DNA of 64,000 nucleotides from Pseudovirgaria hyperparasitica. Its lineage: Eukaryota. Of this stretch, positions 1 through 12,438 are shown piece by piece. The first letter of the stretch is position 1; every line of letters starts with the position of its first letter. The notes beneath the pieces are model-generated. The model was not told the DNA's origin. It made no database searches and saw only the letters and a program-made list of their open reading frames with translations. The position numbers were made by a program, and so were the translations under genes. The stretch is from NCBI GenBank assembly GCA_010093815.1, contig ML996585.1; one strand, given 5' to 3'.

Positions 1-859
1 ATCCATCACTTCCAGGCGTTTCCTCTCAAGATCGAACGGAAATGTGGCACGACGTCGTGCGTACACTTGCCAAGTTCCACACCGTAGATCCAGACTCTGT
101 CGGGCTCCCAACATTTGGGAAGAAGTCGGGGTTCTACACCAGACAAATCGCTACCTTTGCGATGATATCTGCGGCTCAAGCGCAAGCAAAAGACAAGGAG
201 ACAAAGAAGCCTGTTGGCCAGATACCCCACTACGACCAGATGGTGGAGATATTTGGTAAGGAGGAGAATCAGCCAAAGGACAGGGCGACGTTCGTTCACG
301 GCGATTATAAGGTGTTTGCATTGTTAAGAGAGACTATCCGTGATGCATACTAACGCATATAGATTGATAACCTAGTGTTCCATAAAACGGAACCTCGAGT
401 CATTGGAATTCTTGAGTAGGTCTTCAGTCCTTGTGCGCAGCTACCATACTTATCCCTATTAGCTGGGAGATGGCTACAATAGGTCATCCATTATCCGATT
501 TATCAAACCTTCTCATGCCGTTTGTTCTTGCAAAGTCGAGGCTTGCGGCGGAAATAGGCAAGGGCAACATGGCTTTTAAATCCGATAACCCTGATGGGCT
601 GCCAGAACACGACCAGCTTGTACGATGGTATTCAGACGCTGCTAGATGGGATCCATCGCCTGATATGACCTTTGGTGAGGCCTTCAGCATGTACAGAGGA
701 TCCGTGATCTTGCAGGGCATTGCCGCCCGGTACGCTCTGCGGCAAGCAAGCAGTGCACAGGCCAAGGAATATGGAAGCAGGATGGCACCGTACGGAGAAC
801 TAGCTTGGGACCTGATACAGTTGTTCAAGAAAGAGAAGTCGTCGAAGGCCAAGTTATGA
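1..859 (+). CDS. APH/choline-kinase-like phosphotransferase (ACAD10/11 N-terminal-like), 5'-partial, two introns
   Basis: Spliced product gives HGDYK|IDNLVFHKTEPRVIGILD|WEMATIGHPLSDL. GT-AG introns at ~312-362 and ~416-462 join ORFs 42..353 and 431..859. Confidence 0.85.
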
Positions 860-1067
860 AAAATGAAGTCCCCGGTCTCGGAACAGGTCAGGGTCGCTGC
901 TGGGAGAATTGTATAATGAGTGACGTGCTTTCATTGGTGTATGATATCGATGTTGGCATACCTTGGGGTATCTGCCGATGAAATATTAGGCAGCTGGATC
1001 TCATTTGCCCAATCCCATGAAACGCCTGTCTGCCGTTTGTCGTCATATGGCGAGTAACCATGACTGT

Positions 1068-1438
1068 CTAATGCTGTTGCATGCGCTCTCCTCGATCGTT
1101 GCCACCGATACGCTCCAGAGCCTAAGGCCCCCATTAGTGTGTATTCCACAATATCGTGGGCGCGATGCGATATACCTCAAGCATGACGACCGAATTTCCT
1201 CTTATGACCACCATACCAATTTTCACCTTCTCGCCACCAGGCTTCTCCTCCACAGCATCATCTAGGACGATGTTGAGAAAGACATCATAGCCGCGAAGAA
1301 CGCCCATCACTCGTCTGCTCCCGTTGAGCTGCACGTATAACCTCTTGTCAAGGTACTAGGTAAAAGGCTGTAAGCGCGTTCTAAGCTAGGAGTTTTGCTT
1401 CTCATTACCTTCTTGAGCTCAGGCTGTGCTTGAGGCAT
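1068..1438 (-). CDS. SMX2: small nuclear ribonucleoprotein G (SmG), three exons
   Basis: MPQAQPELKK|YLDKRLYVQLNGSRRVMGVLRGYDVFLNIVLDDAVE...VVIRGNSVVMLE|ALERIGG. Sm1/Sm2 motifs; GT-AG introns ~1357-1408 and ~1122-1174. Confidence 0.95.
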
Positions 1439-1795
1439 CGTAATTATGTTGCAAGTCCGTAGTTGTAATCGTAGGTAGTGGCAGGCGCAATTGTCCGTTC
1501 AGGGTTGAGCGGGTGAGTTGCGGTGTTGGGTTGTTTGTGGTGGTTGTGGCTAAGAGTTCAGACGTGGTGAGGGATGTGAGTGATGAGCAGGCGGTAATAA
1601 AACAATTAAGGTAAATTACCGGTTCGTACTGAAACTTCCACCTCGACGCACCGTTAGCGCGAAAGGTCTAGAGGTGGCCTAATTAGTGGATGAACGACCG
1701 CAACGCCTTTTGGAGCAGGCCAACTTTCGGTCATTGACGCAAGCACATCCGATGTCAGCCAGTCTCAACAATCAGCAATCAACTATACATCCACT

Positions 1796-3171
1796 ATGGC
1801 ACTAAAGAAGTCTTTATCAGCTCGGCGAGTACCCCGCAAGATCGGTAGCGATGGGGAGCAGGACGATGAGGCAATACCTGCCGACCATTCTTCGCAAGGT
1901 ATGACTTTCCCCCATAATCCTCCAGCACTGCTCTAATGTGTCCTGACAGATCGCTGATATGGTCCTTAGAATCCGCTGTAAAGAAGCCTTCCACCTCAGG
2001 GAAAGCGAAGAAGCGTTCGAGCCTTCGCATGTCTTTCGGTCTTAGCGAAGCCGACAACGAAGTAATAAACGAGCGTACACCAATGTCGATACCGAAAAGA
2101 ACAAATTTCACCCGCGTAGCTACTGAAAACAAAGCCAAACGGTCTTCCATGTTGACTGAGCATCTTCCTTTCCGAGCAGACCTTTCAGAAGACAAGCCTA
2201 ATTACAGCAAAGAGTACTTAGCTGAATTGAAGCAAAGTACACCCTCTGCTCCTAAGGTCGACTTGGTATTGTCAGATGAGGAGACACAGGAAATCCAAGA
2301 GCTTAATATCGCTGCAAAGTTCGGGTCCATGGCAGCCTTGGAATCGGAAAGGTCAGCCTTCATCCCGAGTGAAGCCGAAATACGCGAGAAGAAGGAAAGA
2401 CGGCGGCGTCTTGCCCGAGAGGACAACTACATTGTCCTAAACGGTCGCAATGAAATAGCTAGTGAAGATGAAGAACTTACAGATGACGAGTTCGCACCTC
2501 GTAGGACAAAGAATTTTGAGATAGCAGAATGGAAAGACCAGCACAAATATGGCGAGACGCGTCTTGAACACGAAGACGAAGACCTTGCGGAAGGCTTCGA
2601 CGAATATGTTGAAGATGGTGGTATCTCACTCGGACGAAAGGCGGAACGAGAAGCACAAAAGAAACGGCGAGCTGAGATGGCAAGCATGATTGCAGATGCT
2701 GAGGGCGGCTCCTCGGATAATTGCTCGGACGACTCAATTTTCGAACTTAATGATGCATACGAAGCTGCCCAAGCTAAAGCCGGCGCATATAACTCTCGTA
2801 GCGGTCTTCGAAATCGCAATGACGGGCGGCAAACTCCGCCAAGGATAACGCCATTGCCTAACCTCAAAGACGTCATGCAAAGGCTGAGAGACAATGTGAA
2901 GCATGTGGAGGAGGAGAGAGCCATGAAATTGAGACGACTGGAAGAGCTGAGAGCTGAAAGAGCTCAGGTCAAAGACCGCGAAACCTGGATTCAGGCACAG
3001 TTAAAGGAAACTGGAGATAGATACGAGAAACTGCGTGTTGAAGCAGGTATCAGCACTGTCGCGCTTACACCCCATGATACTGCGAATTCTGAAAAGCTTG
3101 CCCTTGGGCGCGGTCTAGAAAACTTAGGGGTAGGGCCGGTCACTAGTCAGATCGAAGACAGCGAAGCTTGA
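1796..3171 (+). CDS. NTR2: Nineteen-complex-related protein 2 (NTR2)-like spliceosome disassembly factor
   Basis: Motifs YSKEYLAELKQSTPSAP, IPSEAEIREKKERRRRLA and EDEDLAEGFDEYVEDG are typical of fungal Ntr2-family proteins. First exon MALKKSLSARRVPRKIG, intron ~1899-1968. Confidence 0.75.
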
Positions 3172-3618
3172 TCCGTAGTATTCTCACAAGGCTTGCTGTT
3201 GGTGAAGCGAACTAAAAGGAGAAATACTCAATTTGAGAACGACAACAGGCGACTTGGTCAGACCAACGTGAGAACTAAATTTCGTGAGCACGAGAGCACG
3301 GCAGGTATAGGTGTACACCAATGTCTCATCATGTCATCTTGCCGGGATATGCACAGCAATTGATCGCGTCGTTGACACGAACGTCACCAAACATAGCGGG
3401 GCGACCTTCCAGGTAGGGATCAAGAACCTTCGATGCACATCATGCGGCTCTCAGCTGTTTCGAGATCCTCCCTCTACAACAGCCTCACAACTGATGCTGT
3501 CTCACCTCCCGCAAATTGTTCCAATATATGTAAGAGTACGGGCCTTTGTATTACGCTGGTTGGAAAGTTGGCCAAGTTCTTCGAATGTCGAACATCACCT
3601 ATTTTCCAGGGCTTCCAT

Positions 3619-3699
3619 CTTCGATGCTGCTTTCTTCGATGCTGCTTCGAAAATGCTGCTTCGAAAATGCTGCTTTGAAAATGCTGCTTCGAAAATGCT
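3619..3699. repeat. 15-bp tandem repeat (tgctgcttcgaaaat), ~5 copies including degenerate ones
   Basis: Directly visible: gctgcttcgaaaat gctgcttcgaaaat gctgctttgaaaat gctgcttcgaaaat. Confidence 0.9.
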
Positions 3700-4161
3700 A
3701 CCATTTCCAAATTCAGCGAGACGATGCTCGGCGCAATTGATTGATAGTTTGGTCCCAAAGCCGTTGAAAAGTCAAACGTGTTCGTCGACTAAGCTCGGAC
3801 GTCGCCGCCTTATCTCCTGTTTCAGAGAATGATCCACGCATGATGGCCCTTGAGCAGTGCCTGGTCCTAGCATACCTAGTCGAAAAACCCCTCGCTTTTA
3901 TCAAATCAGAGCAAGACCTTGACTGACGTCTCAAGGATCATGTCTTCGGGCTCTGGTGGGCTGATCAATTGGAGAACTATATGGACAAGACGTGCCCGAA
4001 AGAGGTGCAGTCGTGCAATCGTCTTTCCCTCGACCCAGCGTGTATCAAACTGCACCGCGGCTCATCTATAGAGACTGCATGCATACCTGTTCTGGAGCGT
4101 CTGTGTTGCCGTTGGCCATCAGGTTTTGACATATATATGTTCCCCGGCTGAACATTATACA

Positions 4162-5369
4162 ATGGCGAATACCACTTCAGGGTATCGAGGCTCGCGAGCA
4201 CTAATATCGGCTGTTATTGCCTCATTGAACCTGGGATATGTTGTTGGCTACAGAGTTGAAACCGTCGTCACCCTCGTTCAGACGACAGTCTGGATCAACA
4301 CCCTCTCGGCCTACTCTGCTTTGCCTACCTGTGCGCAAACACCAATCAATAATGTCGTTAGAAATATGGAGAACGGATGTGGCGACGGGAATCGTCTTAC
4401 AAGCTTCAGTTGCTTCTGCTCCGAATCAAGCAGGTACGTACACGTATTCCATTTATCGGGTTCCAGCCAGCTGATTTGTGTCTAAGCGCCTTCAACACAA
4501 TCATATCCAGGGCCGTTCAATCAGAATGCGCAAACGATGCCGCCGTGGCAAACGACGTCGGCAATGCCATGAACGTCTTCGCCGAATATTGCAGACAGTC
4601 GCCCATCATCCGACTCGGCGCTGCTACAATAACAACCGAAATCACTGAGATCCATCAGACTGCAGCTCCAGCATCAAGTACATCCCTCCCAACATCAACC
4701 TCATTCCCCTCGAGCGGTATCAGCGCTCAGACACGAATCGCAATCGCCATACCGGTCGTCATTGGCGCTGCCCTCCTACTCCTTGCCATCGTCGCTGGAT
4801 TTTTGTACCTTCGCCGCAGTCATGAGGGCAGGAATCAATCTCAGTCCTGGAATGATCGAACAACTCAGTCTCAAACCTGGCATGGTCGAACAAACCATCC
4901 TCAGCCAGGGGACAATCAAACGACCGAGTGTCAAACCTGGCATGGTCGAACGACCGACCATCATCCATTCGACGATCGGGCAACACAGTCTTCACCCTGG
5001 AATGACTCATATGCGCACCTAATTCCGCCAAAAGAAGTGGCAGGCATGCAGCGCTACGAACTCGCAGGCGAGACAGTCAAGCGACAGGAGCTTCCCGAGA
5101 ATCTTGCAAAGGGCACTTTGCACGGGGAGGATAATTTCGTCCCAGAAAAGGCAGATTCGTCTGAATGGGAATTTACACTACCGATTCAGGAGCCTCCTTA
5201 TCCACCGGCGGTTACGCAGAGGACGTTCGTCGAGGTGCATCACTGGGACATTCCGTCAGAAAGCGGACTGGATACGATCATCAGTCCGCTCGATGAAAGA
5301 TATGGAAGAGGGGGGACTGGCACGACGTGGCTTACGGTCCCGTCGCCGCTGCCGCCAGAGTATTCATAA
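4162..5369 (+). CDS. single-pass membrane protein with Cys-rich (CFEM-like) ectodomain, S/T stalk and cytoplasmic 10-aa repeats
   Basis: Signal-like N-terminus, six Cys (CAQ..GCGD..CFC..EC..YC), TM segment IAIAIPVVIGAALLLLAIVAGFLYLRR, C-terminal PPEY. Intron 4434-4486 joins ORFs 4126 and 4377. Confidence 0.75.
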
Positions 5370-8080
5370 TATTACAGTAGATATAGAGCTCATGTATAAA
5401 AGAAAGCTTATGGATTGCCTTTGTACAGATTGTCGATTGTATGTTCTATTTGGATGTGCTATGTATGTAATTCGGCTGATCTAATGATGTGTGCGTTCCG
5501 GCGTGTATGTACCATGCAGTCTGCGCGTATTCTCCGTGGTTACAATAATGAACTTTAGACTCAGGGAAACTGTTCTTATATAAACTGGTGTGAGCTTGGG
5601 TCTCGCAGGTCTGTGTAAAACCTCGTTTAATGTTCGGCGTGTCTGCAAGCTCCCGGGTCTAGTTCGCTACTGTTCCAGCTACATTTGGTATCTCATTGAA
5701 GACTAATAGAATTGAAAAGCAACGCCAAGGGCAAAATGAGGAGGGCTTGGATAAATGACAATGAAACCGCGCGAATATATATCGGAACATAAAAGAAGTC
5801 CCTGGGTAGTATTCGCTGCTTGCGTAGACCAGCTCCTATTTCCTCCGCGTGTAGGTTTCTTCATCTTTTAGCTATACATCTCGCTTCCATCAGATTTGCA
5901 ACGGCGAGAGTATCAAACGGCACTGTGATAGGTTATGTCCATTGGGTGCCCATAGAGGACGGGCTCCTGGGCTGAATGTAGTCTATATGGTTGGACTAAT
6001 GTTACCAAGTTATTGTGATGCATCTTGGCGATTCTTCCAATCTGAACAGCTCAAATGACAGGCAAGAGGCGGACTAAGGTCCATGGATCTCAGGGAATTA
6101 ATTCAAATGCAGCTTACATGTCGGCTTCTGCTGGGTAGGCCTGAACAGTTCACTTGTCCGAACAGGGGGACATCTGGCTGTCTCCCCGCGGCATTGGGTC
6201 TTCTACAGTTGATTCATGCACCAGTCTAGTCAGGCTACAACTGATAATAGATGGCTGCACGTAGGTCTGGGTTTCAATGGCCTGATTTTGCGGAACTGCA
6301 GCAGGTTACATAATAAACAAACCACATTCCCTATCATCAAGAACTTCTGAGTCGTTCAAGCGAGAGGCTGGACGGAACTCACTCAAGACAGCTCTTGTGT
6401 GATTCAACTGGTATGTCGTGTAGATTTCTCGCCACTGGACTCTGCTCTGAGTTACCGTCCTGATATCTGACCACGATGAACATCTAACGCCAAGCTATAC
6501 ACATTTTAAGACTAACAACTCGAGTGTCCGCACTCCGGAAATAGTAAGACATAGGCATCTGCTGGCCGAATGTATTAAAAGCGGTGTCAAAGATTATGTT
6601 ATCTCTAGGTGGCGATTACGATGGACACTAAGGAATGCCGCAGTCTTAAGAGGATTATCCTGCCGTTTCGTGAGCGCATTGATTTGTACCTAAGCAGAAA
6701 CCTTGAGAGGTTAGGTGTGACATGGGGAAGCATTTATCTATATCGTGAACTCGTTAGCTTAGGATGAGATCTACGAGAGAGTGCCCCAATTTCTCTGGCT
6801 TTGATAGTCTCGGCCAGAGTCTTTCGTGACAACGCAGGGTTATTCAGCTTGGAGCAGGGCTATACTCATGTCCTAGACAGCTTTCTCTGAGAGCGCTCCA
6901 GTACCACAACGTATCAAGATGACATAGCGTAGCTGCCACAGAAAGTGGTAGCCAATGTATGTATTCTACCAAGAGTTCGTTTACTCTTATAGCCTCGGTG
7001 TCAGGTCACCATTTTGCGAGCATGTTGGCTAATAGCTTAAGTACCGACGTCGACATGGAAAATGAATACTTGCGGTTGACGGTTGACCAGTGAAACGTGC
7101 ATAGCGATCAGGCATATAAATATCTGCTACTTCGATGGGAAGATGGTCATACGAAGCCATTGTGTCTCTTCCTTGAATCTTTGGTGATTATATTCCATCA
7201 CCACGGGTTGGAGTGGAGGCATTGCCATCGTAACTTTCAGTGTACTCAATGAGGTCATCGAGATACCTTTGAAGCATATAATTTTTACCGGCGTTTTTCG
7301 GTCCTTTTTGAGACTCATCAACCTAGGTCAGTACCCTTACGGATATCAGAGGCTCGCGTTGAATGACTTTTGTCATAATCTTCAGTTCTCTCTCGGTATT
7401 CCCGCGTAGAAAGAAGTCAAGTAGAGTTTGAATATTAACTTAATAGTAGTATTCTATAGGGTGAATAAGTATAAAGTAAGATTCAATCCTTATATGTATG
7501 CTTCAGGGTTCCTGCAAAGCTTTTCAACCATGTGCCCCCTGTGGACCACTCTCTTCTGCTAATCGTACGATGGTTGGCATGCAACTCCATGTAACTATTG
7601 ATTCGATCCGAAGAAATGGTTTCTAAATCCTTCCCTCGAGCGTAGATCTTGTGATAATACGTCAATATCGGTTCGGGAATTGCAAACTTCTTAAATGAAC
7701 GTTGTGACGGTATTATCTTTGAAGTTAGTGGAAGAAGAAGACTGAACAGTTGCTGAGATGGCATTTTTCTCATTGAAAGGCCTCTCTTTCCTTGGATGTG
7801 CCACCCAATGTGCATCACCCGAGCTATATGGACGTTACCCGCACACACATGGTAACAGTGAAGTCAATTTTTGAACGAGGGTGGAGTCTTTATTGCATCC
7901 TCATATGAGAAAAATGCATACGCAGAAAGTTTCGTGCGGTGGTCATGCACTTGAAACTCCTAGTAGGTCATGTTCGAACACCTGTTATTGTGACGGTACC
8001 AGATCGATGTAAGGCTGATGATATCGGTCCAATATACAAGATGGAACCGTGAAACTTGGCTGAAGGCAGTAAACACTCAC

Positions 8081-10147
8081 TCAGAAAGCTAATTCGTCCT
8101 CGCTACTACCTATAGTCTCAGGGGAATACACACGTGCAATCAGTCTTGGAGTGACCGCCTTCCTTTTCCTCCTGGCAATTGTCCTTGATGTGGGTGATGT
8201 GCTTAAATAGTAATCCGATTCCGATAACAGACTGTGGCGCTTCCTCATCTTATTCCTCCAGCTGCTGGTCGATGCCTCCACGTCCATGATTCCGAATCGC
8301 GATTTGGGCCTATTGGAAAGTGGATCCTGGGATGAGGAAGGAGCATGCATGTGCACCAATCTTGAAGGGGTCTTGGAAAATTTAGTTGGTGAACTCGGTT
8401 TGCTTCGAGGGGCAGGGGTCACGGGCTCCGACATTTCGGTGCTTTTTATGCTTTCTATGCTGTCCATTACATCTGGATGACTGTTTTCATTGTCCATAGA
8501 CTCGATTTCATCTTCACGTTCGGAGCCAGGCACCTCTGCCTGCACCATTGACTGTCTGAAGTCATCTCCACTATCATTTGAAACATCTGGCTCTTCGCTC
8601 TCGCAGACTGCGGTCGAGTTTTTGACAAGCGTATCGTGCTGCAGAAGTCCCGATGATCCTATGGTCTTGTTAAGCAGACTCCGTTTGATGGGTATACTCT
8701 TGTCGAGTTCTGTCGTGCTACCGGGACTGAACTGATTGTCATTATCATACAGGTTGGGGATCTCCGATGGTGGCTGAAAAGTCTTCCGAACCGATTCCGT
8801 ACTATGTTCGCGGCAGCTGCTGTGACGAGCATAATTGTGGCTCCGCCTGCTTACTGGGGAGGATGAATGGGGCACAGCAATGCCATCCACTTCTTTTTCG
8901 ACTACCTTCGGTCTATCCAGAAGCGGCTGTGTTTGTCCAAGCACGATTCCACGACCATAATCAGGAGATCTTGCAACATCTGCCCGGAGACCCAGTCCAC
9001 TACTATCAAGCCAATGCGTTGAAGAGCTAGCGGTCTCTCCGCGGCTTAAAAGATGATAATAACGTGCAGATACTTGAGATTGCCGCATGTGCGGAAAATG
9101 TTTCGCAACAATATCTCGCCAACTCCAATGGCATGTAATTCTAAGCTTAAGGATCAAAGCGTCCTCTTCATGATTAAACAGAGATTTTGTGCCAGAGTGT
9201 CGTTTGACAGAGCCAGAAGATGGGGAATGTTCCGCATCCGCCGATCTTTTACGCAGTCGCTGGCGTGGCACAGCCCAGAGGCTCTCACTGAATGGTGCAT
9301 GTTGCTGGGCGGGACGGGCGGTTGGGGCTGGCGTTGTTTTAGAATTGTACTGATGTACCGGGCGGGATATCCCAGGGGTATTCGGAACGTTGGCTGGCAA
9401 AGGAGGGGCTGCCCAGATAGGATCCGGAGTTGATACGTTCGCACCTTTCCATATCTGCATGAATTGCGCGATATTTTGAGATATCTGTTGTCCAAGTTGC
9501 TCCATAACGGCGATATCCGGCGTCCGACAAGCTTGATACGAAACCGCTGGGACATCGGAGCCATGGGAGCCTTCTGAGTCTTGAATAGGGTGAACATCGA
9601 CAAACTTGTGTTGCACATCAGAAAGTCTAACGTCTGTATTAGAAGTCAGATGCTTGATCGATGTCATCTTCGTTTGTTTCTGCTCCTTTGCTACTCCCAC
9701 TCGCTTTGATAAGGACGAGACGCTCAATGATGCCAACTCATCTTCGGAACCTTCATTCTCTTCTGCCCGAGTTACTTCGGATGCATTCCCCAATTGATCC
9801 TCTTCGAGCCTTGGGATTTTCTCATATCCAGCTTCGTCTTCGTCTCCGTTTGCGATGGGTGACAATGACTCGATTTGTGTTTGCGCAAGACCATTTGCAT
9901 AGTTCGCTATAATGTTTATTCCAGATTTGCGGTCTCCAATGTCCTGTTCCGACATCATCTTATCAATATGTCCATTGTTCTCTACGATGTGGCCCGTCTC
10001 GAAATCGATGATGTCACCAACCCCCGTGAAGTCGTGCTCATATTTTGCTATTATCTCTTCAAACCGGCTCTTCAAGTTTTGATCATTGAGGTGCCTGGCT
10101 TGGTCAAGCGTAAGCGCTGTGTCAGAGCTTAGGGACAGGGAGGTCAT
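8081..10147 (-). CDS. SCM3: centromere protein Scm3 (CENP-A chaperone) with Myb-like domain
   Basis: Scm3 motif NDQNLKSRFEEIIAKYEHDFTGVGDIIDFETGHIVENNGHI; Myb-like FNHEEDALILKLR..WSWRDIVAKHFP..QVSARYY. First ATG (MTSLS) at 10147. Confidence 0.85.
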   Translation of the reverse strand: MTSLSLSSDTALTLDQARHLNDQNLKSRFEEIIAKYEHDFTGVGDIIDFETGHIVENNGHIDKMMSEQDIGDRKSGINIIANYANGLAQTQIESLSPIANGDEDEAGYEKIPRLEEDQLGNASEVTRAEENEGSEDELASLSVSSLSKRVGVAKEQKQTKMTSIKHLTSNTDVRLSDVQHKFVDVHPIQDSEGSHGSDVPAVSYQACRTPDIAVMEQLGQQISQNIAQFMQIWKGANVSTPDPIWAAPPLPANVPNTPGISRPVHQYNSKTTPAPTARPAQQHAPFSESLWAVPRQRLRKRSADAEHSPSSGSVKRHSGTKSLFNHEEDALILKLRITCHWSWRDIVAKHFPHMRQSQVSARYYHLLSRGETASSSTHWLDSSGLGLRADVARSPDYGRGIVLGQTQPLLDRPKVVEKEVDGIAVPHSSSPVSRRSHNYARHSSCREHSTESVRKTFQPPSEIPNLYDNDNQFSPGSTTELDKSIPIKRSLLNKTIGSSGLLQHDTLVKNSTAVCESEEPDVSNDSGDDFRQSMVQAEVPGSEREDEIESMDNENSHPDVMDSIESIKSTEMSEPVTPAPRSKPSSPTKFSKTPSRLVHMHAPSSSQDPLSNRPKSRFGIMDVEASTSSWRNKMRKRHSLLSESDYYLSTSPTSRTIARRKRKAVTPRLIARVYSPETIGSSEDELAF

Positions 10148-10309
10148 GGCAAAGCTAATCCTCGGGGTCGTATGTATGATAGCTGTGGATGCGCAATGCG
10201 CAACGCGCAGAAGGGAAGTGAGATAGACAATAGAAGATGGTATGCAGAGACGACGCGATCTAGACGCGTTGAGCACGTTCGGGTTAGATTCCGTTCCGAG
10301 GTCACTTGT

Positions 10310-10625
10310 CTAGAACTTAATAATCTTAGCACGTAAGCATACTACTCGTGTGCCATTCTATCTAACTAAAGCCTTTAATATCTATTTGCTTATATCTTAT
10401 TATATGATAATAGATGCCTATATATACAGTAGCTCTATAAACTCAATCTATTATTAGAAAAAGTACTGGTACTATAATTATTTCTTCTCTTTCCTAGGCT
10501 ACTTAGCATTTAAGACTTATAAAATATATGGAGTTATATATTCTAATAAAATCTAGTCTATATATAGTATAATATATAGATAATTATAACTTATATAGAG
10601 GTAGAGGAATCTAATAGACCTTCAA
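10310..10625. repeat. short AT-rich RIP-degraded repeat remnant
   Basis: Abrupt TpA-rich, CpA/TpG-poor island with the same texture as the 43.7-64 kb block. Confidence 0.6.
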
Positions 10626-10890
10626 GGAGGGGAAGAGAAGTACTATGGATGTACCGAAGGAAGCTAAATGCCAAGAGTATTAGGTTCTAGGTAATGTGCA
10701 AAGCCCGACGTCACATGCGCAGTCATGCAGGCCTCCCCTCGCTATAAGCTCTACTTCTCTATACACCTGAACCTGCTCACCGAAATGAATACTCGTTGGT
10801 GGCTCTCTGACCACGGAATAATGCTCTTTGCTTCACCATAAGATGGACCCATCACAATTAATCTGTCCGTAAGAGATCTAAGACTGGAAG

Positions 10891-12438
10891 ATGCAGTGCC
10901 AGAAATGCAGGCAACCCGTTCACATCGATGGCTCTCTGGACAACCTCAATGCCGCAGCGTTCAAGCTTCTGATAGGTAAGCCGGTGAACTACTTACATAC
11001 GTGTCTCTCCATCTAATTAATTTCAGACTCCTCTGCTGTTTTAACGGAAAACGGATCCTTGCGCTCAAGACAAGCCCGGCCTACATATTCCCAGGATCGC
11101 CGTTCAGAATATGAAAAAGCTTCTCAACCGTCACGTAGTCCTATATTCAAACGATCATTGCCACATAGATCTAATCATGGTTCTGAGAAATACACTCTTA
11201 CAGCGGACGGCCCAGGCATGTCTTTTGTCATGTTGTCCGAGTCTCAGGTAGAAACACATACTGCAGAAAGGGAGGGAGAAAGCACGATCAAAACTTCCGA
11301 TGCCATACAAGATGCAACAAACTTGAAGCATAGGGGGAATGAAGTAGAAATGTCCTCTCAGAGGATGGATAAGACGAGTCGCCTTTTCGAGATACTGTCT
11401 GCTCGTTCTGATATCGATCACCCTATCTGCACCGAGTGCACCGAGTTACTCGTGGCAGGCCTACAGAAAAGACTGGGGCATACTACCAGAGAGAGGGATG
11501 CCTATGTGGAGTTTCTTCGAAATGCAAACGTCGACATACCGTCTGAGGAGGAGATTAAGCAGGCACAAGAAGCCCTGGGTGCGATGAGCGTGCGAGAGAC
11601 CACGGCCATTGCTGAGCTCGAAAAGCTAGAATCGGAAAAAGCCGCTCTAGATTTGGAACTGCAGGTGCTGGATGATGAGAGTGAGAAGCTGAACATTGCT
11701 GAAGAAGAATTCTGGAGGGAACGCAACGCATTCGCGGCAGCATTCTCGGAGTTCAAAAGCCAAAGAGATGCCATCAACACGAAATATAACCATGATTCTA
11801 AGCAGTTGGAACGATTACAGCGCACTAATGTATTCAACGACACCTTCAATATCGGACACGATAATTACTTCGGGACTATAAATGGCTTACGACTCGGAAG
11901 GCTGTCTAATCATCCTGTAGAATGGCCCGAGATTAACGCAGCTTGGGGACAGACTTGCCTTCTACTCGCTACAGTTGCGGATCGTCTGAGTTTCAAGTTC
12001 CAAAATTACCGACTTGTTCCCATGGGTTCCACTTCAATCATCGTAAAAGTTGAATACCTGCAATCCAAATCCACGAACGACCCGTCCCATCCTGCTAAAC
12101 CCAAAGAAACGTCTCTCGAACTCTTCAGCCACGGTGACATGCCTCTCGGCTTGGGCGGTCTCTGGCACAAGAAGTTCGACAATGCCATGATCGCCTTCCT
12201 AGAGTGCTTGCGCCAGATCGGCGACAGCGTCACGGCGTCGCCTGTTCCTGATAATCGTGTGAGTCTGAAGCTACCTTATGAGATCAAGAAGGATAAGATA
12301 CATGATACGAGCATCAAGTTCAGCTTCAGCTCCGAGGAGAACTGGACCAAAGCATGTAAATATGTGCTTACGTGTTGTAAGTATCTGTTAGCACATGCGA
12401 GCAACCTTCATAATCCGCCACAGCAGCAGATAAGTTGA
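10891..12438 (+). CDS. ATG6: Beclin-1/Vps30/Atg6 autophagy protein
   Basis: MQCQKCRQP first exon, intron 10976-11026. Motifs DIDHPICTEC, FGTINGLRLGRL, WPEINAAWGQ, WTKACKYVLTCCKYLL. Confidence 0.95.

Noticed and set aside
3311..3832. 173-aa ORF and overlapping ORFs
   Set aside because: Non-ATG start, kept open partly by the 15-bp repeat, no recognisable motif.
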